Source: Octopus sinensis (Eukaryota). From it: a DNA stretch of 64,000 nt. The translations under genes were made by a program, and so were the position numbers. The notes under the pieces are model-generated. The model searched no databases. It saw nothing but the letters and a program-made list of their open reading frames with translations, and was not told the origin of the DNA. Location of the stretch: contig NC_042998.1 in the NCBI RefSeq assembly GCF_006345805.1, positions 97,898,001 through 97,962,000 on the forward strand. The letters are read 5' to 3'. Position 1 is the stretch's first letter. Every line of letters begins with the position of its first letter. Positions 63,250 to 64,000 of the stretch are shown piece by piece.

Positions 63250-63734
63250 GTTATTTATTTATTTATTTAATTTTGTAAAACATGCTGTACCATTTAAAAG
63301 CGTCATAGATTATGCAAATAATACTGCAGATGTATTATGAGATAAAAACTTGTTGCTTAAAGTCTTCTACAGAAGAAAATACCATATCGCTTTGTAGAAA
63401 CCTGTGTATGCCAGCCAATACATTAAGATATGCTAATGTATGTGTATATGTGTGTGTGTGCATATGTATATGTATGTGTGTGTGTGTGTTTATACATACA
63501 TACATACATACATATATACATACAAACATACATACATACATATATACATACCTATGCATCATGCACATGTTTAGAACTTCCACTTCCATGTTCCGATCCT
63601 AATAAGAAAAAAGATTACGTCATTGTTATTCATGAAGGTTATTACTTCAGTTAGTGCTAAACTGACTACTGAATCCATAATCAGCATTTGTCGTATTTTT
63701 TTTTTACTTCAATTTTATTACATTGTTTTAGCTT

Positions 63735-63970
63735 TTAAGATGAGATCGTTTAAGAACGAAGCGGAGTGAATGATGTGATCGCAAAGCATCGAAAATAGAA
63801 GTTCCGCTGGGGCGGACATATCACAAGGTTCATAGACAACAGGTGGACCCGTGCAGTTGCCGAGTGGCATTCAAGAGATCAGCAAAGGACAGTTGGGAGG
63901 CCTCCACAACGATGGGAAGACTATCTAGTTAAGCAATTTGGTCAAGGAAGAAAAGAAAGGGGCACTCAAG
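63735..63970 (+). pseudogene. RTE-clade LINE C-terminal fragment
   Basis: KFRWGGHITRFIDNRWTRAVAEW...VGRPPQRWED. Confidence 0.85.
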
Positions 63971-64000
63971 ATGGGTTTGTAAGCACATTGTAATCAGTGA

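Overview
AT-rich, microsatellite-saturated animal DNA. The SINE, Penelope and Helitron repertoire resembles an octopus/coleoid cephalopod; this is inferred from repeat content, with no database search. I recognise no host protein-coding gene, so the window is probably intergenic or deep intron. Most long ORFs are transposon remnants or microsatellite artefacts. Elements identified: several Penelope-like element (PLE) RT and GIY-YIG fragments; a 5'-truncated RTE with an intact frame; a 3.85-kb Tx1/L1-type LINE with both ends but no RT, sitting in (AAT)n; R4/Dong-type RLE LINE pieces; a CR1-type RT; a full-length decayed Tigger/pogo; three Tc1/mariner derivatives; a 4.8-kb Helitron cluster with a PIF1 fragment; MITEs; and about 20 tRNA-derived SINEs. 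The most striking signal is at RNA level: about a dozen type I hammerhead ribozyme (HHR) folds in unrelated repeats. Most have a palindromic, loop-less or nearly loop-less stem III (dimer type), each with a different palindrome. Two carry a compensatory U3:A8 core. They occur in a perfect 158-bp inverted repeat, a 341-bp tandem (retrozyme-like) unit and the tail of a tRNA-headed SINE. All coordinates and folds were derived by eye, so element ends can be off by several to tens of bases and no ribozyme activity is demonstrated.
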